From positions 59,161 to 123,160 of the forward strand of contig JAYOYH010000009.1 in assembly GCA_038153405.1 (NCBI GenBank): 64,000 bases of DNA. The letters are read 5' to 3'. This DNA is from Gemmatimonadota bacterium. GTDB taxonomy: Bacteria > Latescibacterota > UBA2968 > UBA8231. A program made the translations under genes and the position numbers. The notes below the pieces were generated by a model. It was given only the letters and a program-made list of their open reading frames with translations, had not been told where the DNA came from and made no database searches. Shown piece by piece: positions 39,564-49,164 of this stretch. The stretch's first letter is position 1, and the number at the start of each line of letters is the position of its first letter.

Positions 39564-42173
39564 ATGGGGATGGTCGAACGACTCGCAGCATTGCTGCGCG
39601 ATGTCGAATCTGAGGCGTGGTTGGGCACTGTGCGCACCTTCCGAGGCGAAGCGCTGCGCGAAATCGAGTTGGCACATAGAGACGCAGGAGAGGGGTCGGA
39701 CATCGCGCGGCAGCTTGCCGAGTTGACCAATGCCATCGTCTTGGCCGCCTATTATCGAGCGGCTACCCAACGCGTCGGTCCCCATGCGCTGGTTGCTCTG
39801 GGCGGTTTTGGGCGGGGTGAGATGGCGCCCTACTCCGACATCGACCTGCTCTTTCTCTTTAAGCGCGATGGCGATAAAGCGCCGGAGTTCATATCCGGCG
39901 TTCTGCATCCGCTATGGGATCTCGGCTTTGAGGTGGGCCACAGTAGTCGAACCGTAGGTGAAGTAGTGAAGATGGCACGCGAAGACCTCGACTCGTGCAC
40001 GGCGATGATGGATGGTCGGCTGTTGGTCGGCGATGCCGATCTATTTGCCGAATACGGCGCACGCCTTTTCAAACGCGTGCCCAAGAGCGTTCCCGTGCAG
40101 CTCAATAAATGGCGCCAGGCGCGCATTGACAACAAGGACTCGGTGCAGCTCCTAGAGCCCAATGTCAAGGAGAGCCCCGGCGGATTGCGCGATATCCAAG
40201 CATTGGGATGGGCGATGAAGGCGCGGGCGCAGCAGGCCGATGCCTCTGCGCTTTGGTCGCACTACTTAGAAGCGGCCGATGTCGACACCATTGAGCGCGG
40301 GCGTGCCTTTTTGTGGAGAGTGCGCCACGAAATGCACTTTGCCGTTGGTCGCAAGCGCGACGTGCTCGAACAGGAACTCAAGATGCACATTGCCCAGTCC
40401 CTTGGTTATTCCGATCGAGATATGGAACTGGGCGTCGAGCGCTTTATGCGCGACTACTACCTGCATGCGCGCGCGATATTTCACTTGGTCGAGTTGGCCT
40501 TCGAACGCCTGACGCGCAAGCCGCGCCACAGCGCGCGCAGCATGTACTTGGAACGTGGGATGATTTCAGTCGACGGCGAAATACTCCTAGCCGGTGGAGA
40601 GGAATACTTCGCCGAAGATCCCGTGCGCTTGCTGACCATTTTCCTGACCGCCCAGATTAAGAATCTGCGGTTGAGCGAAGAGGTAAAGCGCACGATACGC
40701 ACCTGCTTGCATCTGATCGACGACGCCTTGCGCGTATCGCCGGCAGCCTGCGAAGCCTTTATGCGCATACTCAAGCGCAAAGCGCGCGTTGCCAAAACGC
40801 TGCGTTCGATGCACGAACTCGGCGTGCTGGGGGCCTATTTGCCAGAGTTCGGCGGACTAAATGGCTTGGTCCAATACGACATCTACCACATTTACACCGT
40901 CGATGAGCATACGCTGGTCGCCCTCGATAACGTAGAGTCGCTGGGGCGCGACGAGGCGCCCGCTTCTTTGAGTAATGTCTTTGCCGAGTTCGATCGCAAG
41001 GACTTGCTCTACCTTTCTGTCTTACTGCACGACGTAGGCAAGTGGAAGCGCCAAGAACACATTTCCTGTGGGGTCGAAATGACCAAGGAGTTGGTCGAGC
41101 GCCTCGGACTACCCGAAGACGAGCGGCGCCTGCTGGTCTTCTTGGTGCGACGCCATCAGGATATGGTAATGATATCGCGTCGCCGCGATTTGGACGATTT
41201 CGAAATGATTGGCGAGTTTGCCAGCGACTTTGCCAATATGCAGTGGCTCAGCGCGCTCTATTTGCTGTCCTACGCCGATGTATCGGCCGTCTCGCCCGAT
41301 GCGTGGAGCGAATGGCAGGGCGCCTTGCTACGGGAACTCTATCACAAGACGGCCGAGCAACTGCAATCTGGGATGAAAGCACTGGAGGAGCGCCAGCGCG
41401 TCCGGCAGTTACTCGATGGGCACATTGCCACAGTAACTGGGCGCTGGCCCGCCAATAAAATCGCCGCGCTGCAGGCCCACGTAGAACAGCTGCCGCCGCG
41501 CTATCTAGTGGCGTATGGCCTCGAACAGATCGAGGCGCATTTGGATCTGATCGACGAACTCGATGGGTCGCGCGCCTTTGTCGCGGCGTTTGTCAAGTGC
41601 GCCGATTTTACCGAGATCGTCATCTGCACTCGCGATCAGCGCCAGGTGCTGGCCAAGATTTGTGGTGCGTTGGCCGTCAACGATCTCAACATCCTGCGCG
41701 CCGATGTCAATACGCGCGATGACGAGATTGTGTTAGATATTTTTCAGGTGCAAGACGTCGACGGCACGTCGGTGCTCAACGATTGGAAAAAGGAGCGCGT
41801 CCTACAGCGTTTGGATGACGTATTGGAGCGCGGTCTCAAGGCGCGCGAGCTCATTGAGCGCCACAGCGCGCACTGGGGACGGCGCAACCGGAACCGCTAT
41901 GTACAGCAGCCCAAAGTCGAATTTGAGAACCGCGTTTCAGCCCAGTATACGGTGATCGATATCAGCGCACCAGACGACGTAGGCCTCCTCTACAAAATGA
42001 CCTATGCGTTGGATGAAGCGGAGCTCGACATACACATGGCTCTGGTCGATACGGTTGCTTCGCGCGCGTCGGACGCCTTTTACGTATTGGATGCCAACGG
42101 TGGTAAAATCGAAGACTACGACGTGTTGGAAGCGGTGCGAGAGCGCTTGCTGAGCGCGCTGCAGCCCGGCTGA
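39564..42173 (+). CDS. glnD: [Protein-PII] uridylyltransferase / uridylyl-removing enzyme
   Basis: GGFGRGEMAPYSDIDL, EPNVKESPGGLRD, YHIYTVDEHT, LLHDVGK and two C-terminal ACT domains. Confidence 0.94.
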   Translation: MGMVERLAALLRDVESEAWLGTVRTFRGEALREIELAHRDAGEGSDIARQLAELTNAIVLAAYYRAATQRVGPHALVALGGFGRGEMAPYSDIDLLFLFKRDGDKAPEFISGVLHPLWDLGFEVGHSSRTVGEVVKMAREDLDSCTAMMDGRLLVGDADLFAEYGARLFKRVPKSVPVQLNKWRQARIDNKDSVQLLEPNVKESPGGLRDIQALGWAMKARAQQADASALWSHYLEAADVDTIERGRAFLWRVRHEMHFAVGRKRDVLEQELKMHIAQSLGYSDRDMELGVERFMRDYYLHARAIFHLVELAFERLTRKPRHSARSMYLERGMISVDGEILLAGGEEYFAEDPVRLLTIFLTAQIKNLRLSEEVKRTIRTCLHLIDDALRVSPAACEAFMRILKRKARVAKTLRSMHELGVLGAYLPEFGGLNGLVQYDIYHIYTVDEHTLVALDNVESLGRDEAPASLSNVFAEFDRKDLLYLSVLLHDVGKWKRQEHISCGVEMTKELVERLGLPEDERRLLVFLVRRHQDMVMISRRRDLDDFEMIGEFASDFANMQWLSALYLLSYADVSAVSPDAWSEWQGALLRELYHKTAEQLQSGMKALEERQRVRQLLDGHIATVTGRWPANKIAALQAHVEQLPPRYLVAYGLEQIEAHLDLIDELDGSRAFVAAFVKCADFTEIVICTRDQRQVLAKICGALAVNDLNILRADVNTRDDEIVLDIFQVQDVDGTSVLNDWKKERVLQRLDDVLERGLKARELIERHSAHWGRRNRNRYVQQPKVEFENRVSAQYTVIDISAPDDVGLLYKMTYALDEAELDIHMALVDTVASRASDAFYVLDANGGKIEDYDVLEAVRERLLSALQPG

Positions 42174-42187
42174 GATCTCTCACGTAG

Positions 42188-42217
42188 TCGCGCGTTCCCT
42201 CTAAGGGGGATCGCGCG
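42188..42217. terminator. Stem-loop between convergent glnD and the LRR gene
   Basis: TCGCGCG-t-TCCC...GGGA-t-CGCGCGA; no clear U-tract. Confidence 0.45.
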
Positions 42218-42223
42218 AACGCT

Positions 42224-43417
42224 CTAATCCTGTTGAACCTCTACGCCCCGTCCGCGCAGTGTGTCGAGTTGAGAACGGGCGCTGTCGGACAGCGGATTTC
42301 CCCATATTTCCAAAATGCGCAGGGCGGGCAATTCGAGCAGGGGTTTCAGGTCGGCCACGTCGTTCTGGGCCAAGCGCAGCACTTCGAGATGAGGCAAGCC
42401 GCCCAGCGGGCTCACGTCGACAATGCGGTTTTCGTTGAGATCGAGCACTTCCAGTCGATCTAGTGTGGCCAGTGCGGAGAGGTCGGCAATGCGATTTGTG
42501 CCTAGGCGCAGTTCTTCCAGCGCGTGCAACCGGGTCAGTGGCCCTATATCGGCGATCCGGTTGTCGGTCAGGCGCAGCATCTGCAAGCGGCGCAAATTGC
42601 TCAAGGGCTGTAGGTCGCTGATGCGGTTGGCCGATAGGTTCAGGCGCTCTAACTCGCTCAGTCGGGCAAGGGGACTCAGGTCGGCTACGCCATTTTCCCA
42701 CAAGTTGAGCGAGCGCAGCTGCGCCAGCGAACGCAGGGGGATAAGGTCGCTGATGCGGTTGTTCGCCAAGCTAAGGCGCTGCAGTTGGTCCAGCGACGAT
42801 AGGGGAGCCAGATCGGCGATGTCGCTATTGGATGCAGATAGTTCGCGCAGCTGTTGAACTGTGCTGAGCGGCTGTAGGTTAATCCCCTCGTTACCGGCCA
42901 GCGCGAGGTTGCGCAAACTAGGCAGCGCGGCGAGCGGCGCCAGGTCGCGGATGTGCGTCGAGCTCAAATCGAGGGTGTGTAGCAGCATCAGGTCGCGCAG
43001 GGCATCGATCGACTGCAGAGGATTGTGGTCTAATAGCAGTTCGCGCAGAGCGCCTAAGTGGCGCAGTGGCTCTGCATCGGCGATGGCGTTATGACCTAAT
43101 TGAAGCACGCGCACATCGAGCAGATGCTCCAGTCCTGCGATGCTTGCGATCTGGGCGCGTTCGGCCGAAAGGTAGTGCAGTTGTGCGCAATGCTCAGCGC
43201 GAAGCGGCCCCTGTGCGCCCTCGATTTCTGCGCGAACATGGGCTTCTAACGTCGCGTCTGCAAAGTGGACCGAGGTCGCAGAGGCGATTAGCGGCGTCCA
43301 GCAAATGGTCACCAGGAGCGCGACGAGCCCTGGTGCAAGAGTCTTCCAATACGGGAGTGCGCTGTGTGCGCGCCCGCCGTGCTGCATGGCATCGATCTTT
43401 CGCAAGCGATAAAACAT
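42224..43417 (-). CDS. Secreted internalin-type leucine-rich repeat protein
   Basis: Hydrophobic N-terminal segment, cap FADATLEAHVR and about 12 22-aa repeats L..L..L.L..N.I.DL.PL; start 43417 or 43387. Confidence 0.88.
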   Translation of the reverse strand: MFYRLRKIDAMQHGGRAHSALPYWKTLAPGLVALLVTICWTPLIASATSVHFADATLEAHVRAEIEGAQGPLRAEHCAQLHYLSAERAQIASIAGLEHLLDVRVLQLGHNAIADAEPLRHLGALRELLLDHNPLQSIDALRDLMLLHTLDLSSTHIRDLAPLAALPSLRNLALAGNEGINLQPLSTVQQLRELSASNSDIADLAPLSSLDQLQRLSLANNRISDLIPLRSLAQLRSLNLWENGVADLSPLARLSELERLNLSANRISDLQPLSNLRRLQMLRLTDNRIADIGPLTRLHALEELRLGTNRIADLSALATLDRLEVLDLNENRIVDVSPLGGLPHLEVLRLAQNDVADLKPLLELPALRILEIWGNPLSDSARSQLDTLRGRGVEVQQD

Positions 43418-43509
43418 TCTACAAGGATAGCACAGAGCGGCGTCTACGGCTATATCTGTTCGCATGAAATCGGTTCCGACATCGCGCAGAACAGTCGCTC
43501 AGAATGCTT

Positions 43510-44439
43510 TTATGTCGTTAGCGGGGCTAGTAAATCGGCGCAGCGCAGCATGTGAATGGGGTATGCATCGTCGGGTTTGCGCACTAGGTCGAACCAGGCA
43601 TCCAACACCAATCCAGCAAATGCCCACGCCGCCACGTCCTTGCAGGCGTGCCCGAGTTCTTCAGAGAGCACGGCCACGCGGCAGCGCATGGCCTCCTGCG
43701 CGTGGGGCGCGTCGCTCAGGCCCTCAGGCCAGTTGCGCATCCAGGCGATGACATCGTAGAGCGGGTGGCCGCAATAGCCCTTTGGATCAATGGCCCAGTA
43801 TGCATCGCCTTCATCGCGCAGCATATTCCAGTGGTGCAGATCGCCGTGTAGGAGCACGGGCTTGCACGGCTCGGCCAGCCGTTCGGTCAGCAGCGCGCGC
43901 GCGCTGCCGGCGGTTTCCGCCGCAATGACGGCGGGCAGAGTCGACGGCTCTAGGTCCAGGCGCTGCTGCGCCCAGGTGGCAACGGAGAGGAAGCGGTGTC
44001 GAAGAGGTAGGGGGCGCCACAGCGCTTTCATCGCGCGCCCGGCAATGCGCGTTGCCTGCTCGTCGTTGCCCAGGTGAGCCAGCGGTGTGCCGGGATTGGC
44101 GCGTTGTACGAGCAGCGCCGCATGCTTGCGATCGGCCTCTAAAAGGCGCGCAGCGCCGCGTCCATCATAGTGAGAGAGTGCCGCAATTTCGCGGACGATT
44201 TCGCCGTTGGGCGGGTTGGGGCAACCGATCTTCAGGACGACCGGCTGCCCATCGCCTCGCTTTGCTGGAGCGACGAAGTTGAACTGTGCATCGGGATAGA
44301 GCGCTCCTACTTCGCTCAGCGCCCAGCGCTGCGCACAGCGTTCGATGAGGGAGGGTAGACGTTCGCCCCATGCGCGTCCGGCAGCGCCCCATTCAGTCGC
44401 TGCGTTGCGCAGGAGTCGGTCGGTATCGTTGGCATTCAA
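43510..44439 (-). CDS. APH(6)/hydroxyurea-resistance kinase family phosphotransferase
   Basis: VVLKIG, E..AL..YDGRGAARLL, LLHGDLHHWN and AIDPKG; TTGA overlap with the permease gene. Confidence 0.88.
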   Translation of the reverse strand: MNANDTDRLLRNAATEWGAAGRAWGERLPSLIERCAQRWALSEVGALYPDAQFNFVAPAKRGDGQPVVLKIGCPNPPNGEIVREIAALSHYDGRGAARLLEADRKHAALLVQRANPGTPLAHLGNDEQATRIAGRAMKALWRPLPLRHRFLSVATWAQQRLDLEPSTLPAVIAAETAGSARALLTERLAEPCKPVLLHGDLHHWNMLRDEGDAYWAIDPKGYCGHPLYDVIAWMRNWPEGLSDAPHAQEAMRCRVAVLSEELGHACKDVAAWAFAGLVLDAWFDLVRKPDDAYPIHMLRCADLLAPLTT

Positions 44440-45392
44440 GCGCTGCGGCGGGCGGCAATGCGGCGAATCAGCTCGTCTGCAATAACGCCAGTGAGAATGA
44501 CGATGCCAATAATAGCAAATTCGAGCTGGGTGGGAATGCCGAGCACGTTGATGGCATTGTAAAGGACGCGCATGACGGCGGCCCCAATGATAACACCGAG
44601 AATGGATCCTTCGCCGCCACGCAGCGAACAGCCGCCCAACACGGCAGCGGCAATGGCGTAGAGTTCGTAGAAATTGCCCTGACCCGCTGGCTGCACGGAA
44701 TTGACATCGAGGGCAAAGAGAACGCCGCCCAGACCCGCAGTGCCCGAGCAGATGACGTAGGCCAATACCTTCATGCGCTCGATGTGCACGCCGCTATAGC
44801 GCGCCGCCTCTTCGTTGTGGCCCAGCGCCAGCAGGTAGCGCCCCCAGATCGTGCGGTTGAGAAAAACGGCTGCCACCAAGCCGAGCGCGACGAGAATCAG
44901 GAAGGGAACGGGGAGCGAGAAGTCGCCGAATAGAGCGACTTTGCCGATGGCCAGTGTGCGCAGGGACTCGTAGTTCGAGCCAAACCCCTGCACCTGATCG
45001 TGGGTTATCCAGCGGCCCAGGCCGCGATAGAGCAGCAGACCGCACAGCGTGACGACAAAGGGCTGTAGCTGGATGCGCGTAATGAGCAAGCCATGCAGCA
45101 ATCCGATGGCGAGGGATAGGGCCAACACGGCCAGCAGGGCAAGCGGAGCCGAATACCCCGCGGCCAAGAGCATGGGCAGCAGGCAGCCGACTAGGCCGAT
45201 GAGCGAACCGATCGATAGGTCGATGCCGCCGGTGATAATAACAAACGCGGCGCCAATGCTTATGATGCCAAAGAGCGAGGTCCAGCGAACGATGTTTTGC
45301 AGATTATAGGCGCTGGCGAATTTGGGCTCGATAGCCCATGTCAGGGTAAATACGGCGATGAGGAGTCCAACTATGCCGAGAATTTTTTTCAT
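44436..45392 (-). CDS. Sugar ABC transporter permease (RbsC-like)
   Basis: GGIDLSIGS, PFVVTL, G.NEEAARYSG and YELYAIAAAVLGG.SL.GG.G. Confidence 0.93.
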   Translation of the reverse strand: MKKILGIVGLLIAVFTLTWAIEPKFASAYNLQNIVRWTSLFGIISIGAAFVIITGGIDLSIGSLIGLVGCLLPMLLAAGYSAPLALLAVLALSLAIGLLHGLLITRIQLQPFVVTLCGLLLYRGLGRWITHDQVQGFGSNYESLRTLAIGKVALFGDFSLPVPFLILVALGLVAAVFLNRTIWGRYLLALGHNEEAARYSGVHIERMKVLAYVICSGTAGLGGVLFALDVNSVQPAGQGNFYELYAIAAAVLGGCSLRGGEGSILGVIIGAAVMRVLYNAINVLGIPTQLEFAIIGIVILTGVIADELIRRIAARRSA

Positions 45393-46882
45393 CAGGCCGC
45401 TCTTCCCGTAGCCATGTGCATGATGGCCTCTTCGCTCAGCTCTTCGCGCTGTAGCTGGCCGGTGATGCGCCCCTCGTGCATCACTAGTGCGCGGTCGGCC
45501 ATACCGAGGATTTCCTCCATCTCGCTTGAGACAAATAGAATGGCGACGCCGCGCCCCGCTAGATCTTCCATGAGCCGGTAGATTTCCTCTTTGGCGCCGA
45601 TATCAACGCCGCGCGTCGGCTCGTCGAGCAGCAGCACCTTCGGGCTGAGGGACAGCCACTTGCCAAGCACGACCTTTTGCTGGTTGCCCCCGGATAGGTG
45701 GTGCACTCGTTGGTCGAGGTCCGGCGTGCGAATGGCCAATTGGCGCACGGTTTGCTCACCGTCGGATGCTTCGCGCGCGGCATTTATGAACGCGACGGCG
45801 CGCGCATGAGGACGCAGGCCGGGCAGGCCAATATTGTGCCGTATGCTCATTTCGAGCACGAGTCCCTGGAGTTTGCGGTCTTCTGGGAGCAAGGCCAGGC
45901 CAGCGCCGATGGCGTCGAGCGGCGAGCGCGGTACCAGGGGACTATCGTCAATGCACATGCGGCCGCCAAGAGCTGGGACGATGCCAAATAGCACCTGCAG
46001 CAATTCGCTGCGTCCGGCGCCAACCAGGCCGGCTAGGCCGACGATCTCGCCGTAGTGCAGGGAAAAACTGAGTGGATGCAGTGGACTAGAAGGCACGACG
46101 AGATTCTCCACTGCGAGTGCGACCCCGCCCGGCTTATGGGCTGTCCGCGCATAGTACTGGTCGATGTCTCGGCCCACCATAAGCGAAACCATGCGGTCAT
46201 GGTCGATCTGGTCGCGGGTTAGCTCTCCGGCATTTTCGCCGTCGCGCAGCACGCAGACGCGATCGGCCAGATCGCAGACTTCGCCCAAGCGATGCGAAAT
46301 ATAGATAATGGAGACGCCGCGCGTGCGCAGCTGGTCGATAACGGCGAATAGCGCGGTGGCCTCGTTGCGGGTCAGGCTGGAGGTGGGTTCGTCCATGACC
46401 AGGATGCGTGCCTGGGTCGAAAGCGCTTTGGCTATTTCTACCATTTGCTGGTGGGCTATAGACAGCTGGGCCAGCGGCGTTGAAGGATCGATGTCGAGGC
46501 CGATCTGCGCCAGCGCCGCGCGCGCGCCCTCGTCGCAGGCGCGGCGGTCAATCCAGCCGTAGCGCCGCTTTTCGCGGCCGAGAAAAATATTGGCGCCGAC
46601 GCTCAAATTATCGCATAGGTTGAGTTCTTGGTGAATGAGCGCGATGCCCAATGCGCTGGCGCGGCGCGGCGAGTCGATCTCGACGGGATGGCCCTCTACG
46701 AGAATTTCTCCCTCGTCGGGGCGCTGAATGCCGGCGAGGATCTTCATCAGCGTGCTTTTTCCCGCTCCGTTTTCGCCGATCAGCGCCAGCACCTGGCCCG
46801 CACTAATACGGAGATCGACTCGGTGGAGCGCGCGCACGCCGGGGAAAGATTTGGCGATGCCACGCGCCTCTAATAGCGCCAT
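45392..46882 (-). CDS. Sugar ABC transporter ATP-binding protein (RbsA-like, two ABC domains)
   Basis: GENGAGKSTL, DEPTSSL, LSGGNQQKV and DEPTRGVDIGAK. Confidence 0.95.
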   Translation of the reverse strand: MALLEARGIAKSFPGVRALHRVDLRISAGQVLALIGENGAGKSTLMKILAGIQRPDEGEILVEGHPVEIDSPRRASALGIALIHQELNLCDNLSVGANIFLGREKRRYGWIDRRACDEGARAALAQIGLDIDPSTPLAQLSIAHQQMVEIAKALSTQARILVMDEPTSSLTRNEATALFAVIDQLRTRGVSIIYISHRLGEVCDLADRVCVLRDGENAGELTRDQIDHDRMVSLMVGRDIDQYYARTAHKPGGVALAVENLVVPSSPLHPLSFSLHYGEIVGLAGLVGAGRSELLQVLFGIVPALGGRMCIDDSPLVPRSPLDAIGAGLALLPEDRKLQGLVLEMSIRHNIGLPGLRPHARAVAFINAAREASDGEQTVRQLAIRTPDLDQRVHHLSGGNQQKVVLGKWLSLSPKVLLLDEPTRGVDIGAKEEIYRLMEDLAGRGVAILFVSSEMEEILGMADRALVMHEGRITGQLQREELSEEAIMHMATGRAA

Positions 46883-47883
46883 TAGTCGACAGCGTCCGTA
46901 AGTTGCTTCAGTTCGCTCCAGAATGAGCTGACGTTGTCTTTGGTGATGCGCCGCGCCGGCACGTCGAGATAGTTGTTGGGCGGCAGCGCCGTGCGGCCAC
47001 CGCGCGCAAGCGACGCGAGGATGCGCACGGATTCGTAACCGTAGCGATAGGGATTTTGCACGACGGTGCCATAGATTTCCCCGTCGATAATGCCCTGCAA
47101 CGTCTCGTCGTCTTCGTCAAAGGCGATGATCTGTATCTGCCCCGTTTTGCCGGCTTCGCGCACGGCTCTAAGCGCCATGGGCGGGTTGTAAGCAAAGAGC
47201 CCAACGACGGCGTTGAGTTCGGGGTATTTGGCAATGGCGTCTTCGACCTGGGACTTGGCTTTGGCGTAGTCGAACTGGTCGGTGCGCGTGTCGAGAATGA
47301 CGTACTTCTCGCCCGTAGCGGTGATGGGACCGCTGTTGGGGTCGAGTCGCGTCGGGTCGTTTGAGCGATTGAGCAACTCGTCGATCAGTCCCTGGCGGCG
47401 CTGGCGCGCGTTGAGCTGTTCGAGGCGGCCGACGAAAATCATGATTTCCCCTCCATCGGGCAGTGCCTCTTTGACGAGCTTGCCGCACTCGCGTCCGGCC
47501 GAATAGTTGTCGATGCCGACAAAGCACAGGCGATTGCTCGCCGGTGCATCGGAGTCGTGCGTTATCAAATGCGTGCTGGCCGCCGCTTCGTTGAGGAGGT
47601 CCAATTGGTTGTCGGGGTCAATGGGGCTGATGGCAATGCCGTCGACGCCGCGGGTCAGCAGTGCCTGCACGATGCGCTTTTGATCGGCGACACCATCGCC
47701 GGGCATGTGCACTTCGGCGTCGACACCAAATTCCTTTTCGGCTGCTTCTACGCCCTTGGAGGCAATAACCCAGAAAGAGGCCACACCGTTGGTTACAAAG
47801 CCGATCTGCGGTTTCTTTTCCGCCGAGTTGCCGCCGCAACTACACAGGGCCGCTAACAGCGCGAAGCACAGTGCGGTTTTCAT
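46882..47883 (-). CDS. Sugar ABC transporter substrate-binding lipoprotein (periplasmic binding protein type 1)
   Basis: Lipobox LCSC, FVTNG..SFW, VDGIAISP, HDSDAP and VVQNPY.YGY; RBS AAGGAG. Confidence 0.92.
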   Translation of the reverse strand: MKTALCFALLAALCSCGGNSAEKKPQIGFVTNGVASFWVIASKGVEAAEKEFGVDAEVHMPGDGVADQKRIVQALLTRGVDGIAISPIDPDNQLDLLNEAAASTHLITHDSDAPASNRLCFVGIDNYSAGRECGKLVKEALPDGGEIMIFVGRLEQLNARQRRQGLIDELLNRSNDPTRLDPNSGPITATGEKYVILDTRTDQFDYAKAKSQVEDAIAKYPELNAVVGLFAYNPPMALRAVREAGKTGQIQIIAFDEDDETLQGIIDGEIYGTVVQNPYRYGYESVRILASLARGGRTALPPNNYLDVPARRITKDNVSSFWSELKQLTDAVD

Positions 47884-47981
47884 GGATGGCTCCTTCTCGA
47901 AAGGGGTTGGTACGACCTAAATGGCTTCTTATTTTACGTCTCATAGAACGGGCGCGCAAGCGCGGGAGAGGAGTTCCATTC

Positions 47982-49076
47982 ATGAGAGTTTTGGCGTGTG
48001 TGTTGGCGCTAGTCGCCGCAACGATGTGCAGAGTGGAGGCAAAAGTGCAGCGAGAATCTTTCGGCACGACCGACGACGGACGCGCGGTCGAACGCTATAC
48101 GTTGAGCAACGAGCGCGGCATGCAGGTGCGCGCCATCACCTACGGTGGCATTATTACCGAACTGCTGGTGCCCGATCGCGACGGGACGCTGGGCGACGTC
48201 GTTTTGGGCTTTGATAACCTCGCGCAGTACGAGCGGGAGAATCCCTACTTTGGTTGCATAACGGGGCGGGTGGCTAACCGCATTGCCGGTGGGCGTTTTA
48301 CGCTCGATGGTCGGACCTACCAAGTGGCGGTAAACAACGGTCCCAATCATTTGCACGGCGGCATCAAGGGGTTTGATAAGGTGGTGTGGGATGCCGAGGT
48401 GGTCGAGCGCGCCGACGGAGAAGCACTGCGCCTGCGCTACGTGAGCAAAGACGGCGAAGAGGGCTATCCGGGCACGCTAGCCGTTGCCGTGACCTACGTG
48501 CTGACGGCCGAAGGCGCGCTGCGCATCGAGTACGAGGCGACGACGGATCGGGCGACCCCCGTCAACCTGACCAATCATTCGTACTTCAATTTGGCCGGCA
48601 GCGGCGATGTGCTTGGACACATTCTGACGCTGCACGCGCGCTATTACGCCGAGCCGGACGATACGCTTATTCCCACCGGTCGCCTGCTGCCGGTGGCCGG
48701 CACGCCGCTGGATTTTTTGCAGCCGTCATCGGTGGGTGGCCGCATCGGGCGAATCGATATAGGCGGCTACGATCACAATTACGCGCTGGATAACGGCGGT
48801 CGCGATGAACCAGGTTTGGCTGCAGAGCTCTACGAACCCGAAAGCGGTCGCGTGCTGACGCTCTATACGACCGAACCCGGCGTGCAGGTCTACTCGGGCA
48901 TTCACCTGGACGGCATCAAGGGTAAGGAGGGCGCGGTGTACGATCGCTACCACGGTCTGTGCATGGAAACGCAACACTATCCAGATTCGATCAACCAACC
49001 CGGCTTTCCCTCCGTCGTGCTACGCCCCGGCGAGACCTTTCGCTCTGTTACGGTGCATGCTTTTTCCGCGCGCTAA
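47982..49076 (+). CDS. galM: Aldose 1-epimerase (mutarotase) with putative signal peptide
   Basis: GRVANRI, NHLHGG, NLTNHSYFNL, YDHNY and CMETQHYPDS; RBS GAGGAG before 47982. Confidence 0.92.
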   Translation: MRVLACVLALVAATMCRVEAKVQRESFGTTDDGRAVERYTLSNERGMQVRAITYGGIITELLVPDRDGTLGDVVLGFDNLAQYERENPYFGCITGRVANRIAGGRFTLDGRTYQVAVNNGPNHLHGGIKGFDKVVWDAEVVERADGEALRLRYVSKDGEEGYPGTLAVAVTYVLTAEGALRIEYEATTDRATPVNLTNHSYFNLAGSGDVLGHILTLHARYYAEPDDTLIPTGRLLPVAGTPLDFLQPSSVGGRIGRIDIGGYDHNYALDNGGRDEPGLAAELYEPESGRVLTLYTTEPGVQVYSGIHLDGIKGKEGAVYDRYHGLCMETQHYPDSINQPGFPSVVLRPGETFRSVTVHAFSAR

Positions 49077-49164
49077 TACTCGGCAGGCGGCCGTGAATCG
49101 GCGCGGTGGCTGCAAGTGTCCACTTAATTGAACGATGCGCTAAACGAGCGCGCAGGATAGAACG

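Noticed and set aside
42300..43150. Regular ~66-bp periodicity resembling a repeat array
   Set aside because: It is explained by the 22-aa LRR coding repeats; there are no identical direct repeats with unique spacers, so it is not CRISPR.
47982..48045. Signal peptide on GalM
   Set aside because: Exported mutarotases are already known in several Gram-negative bacteria.
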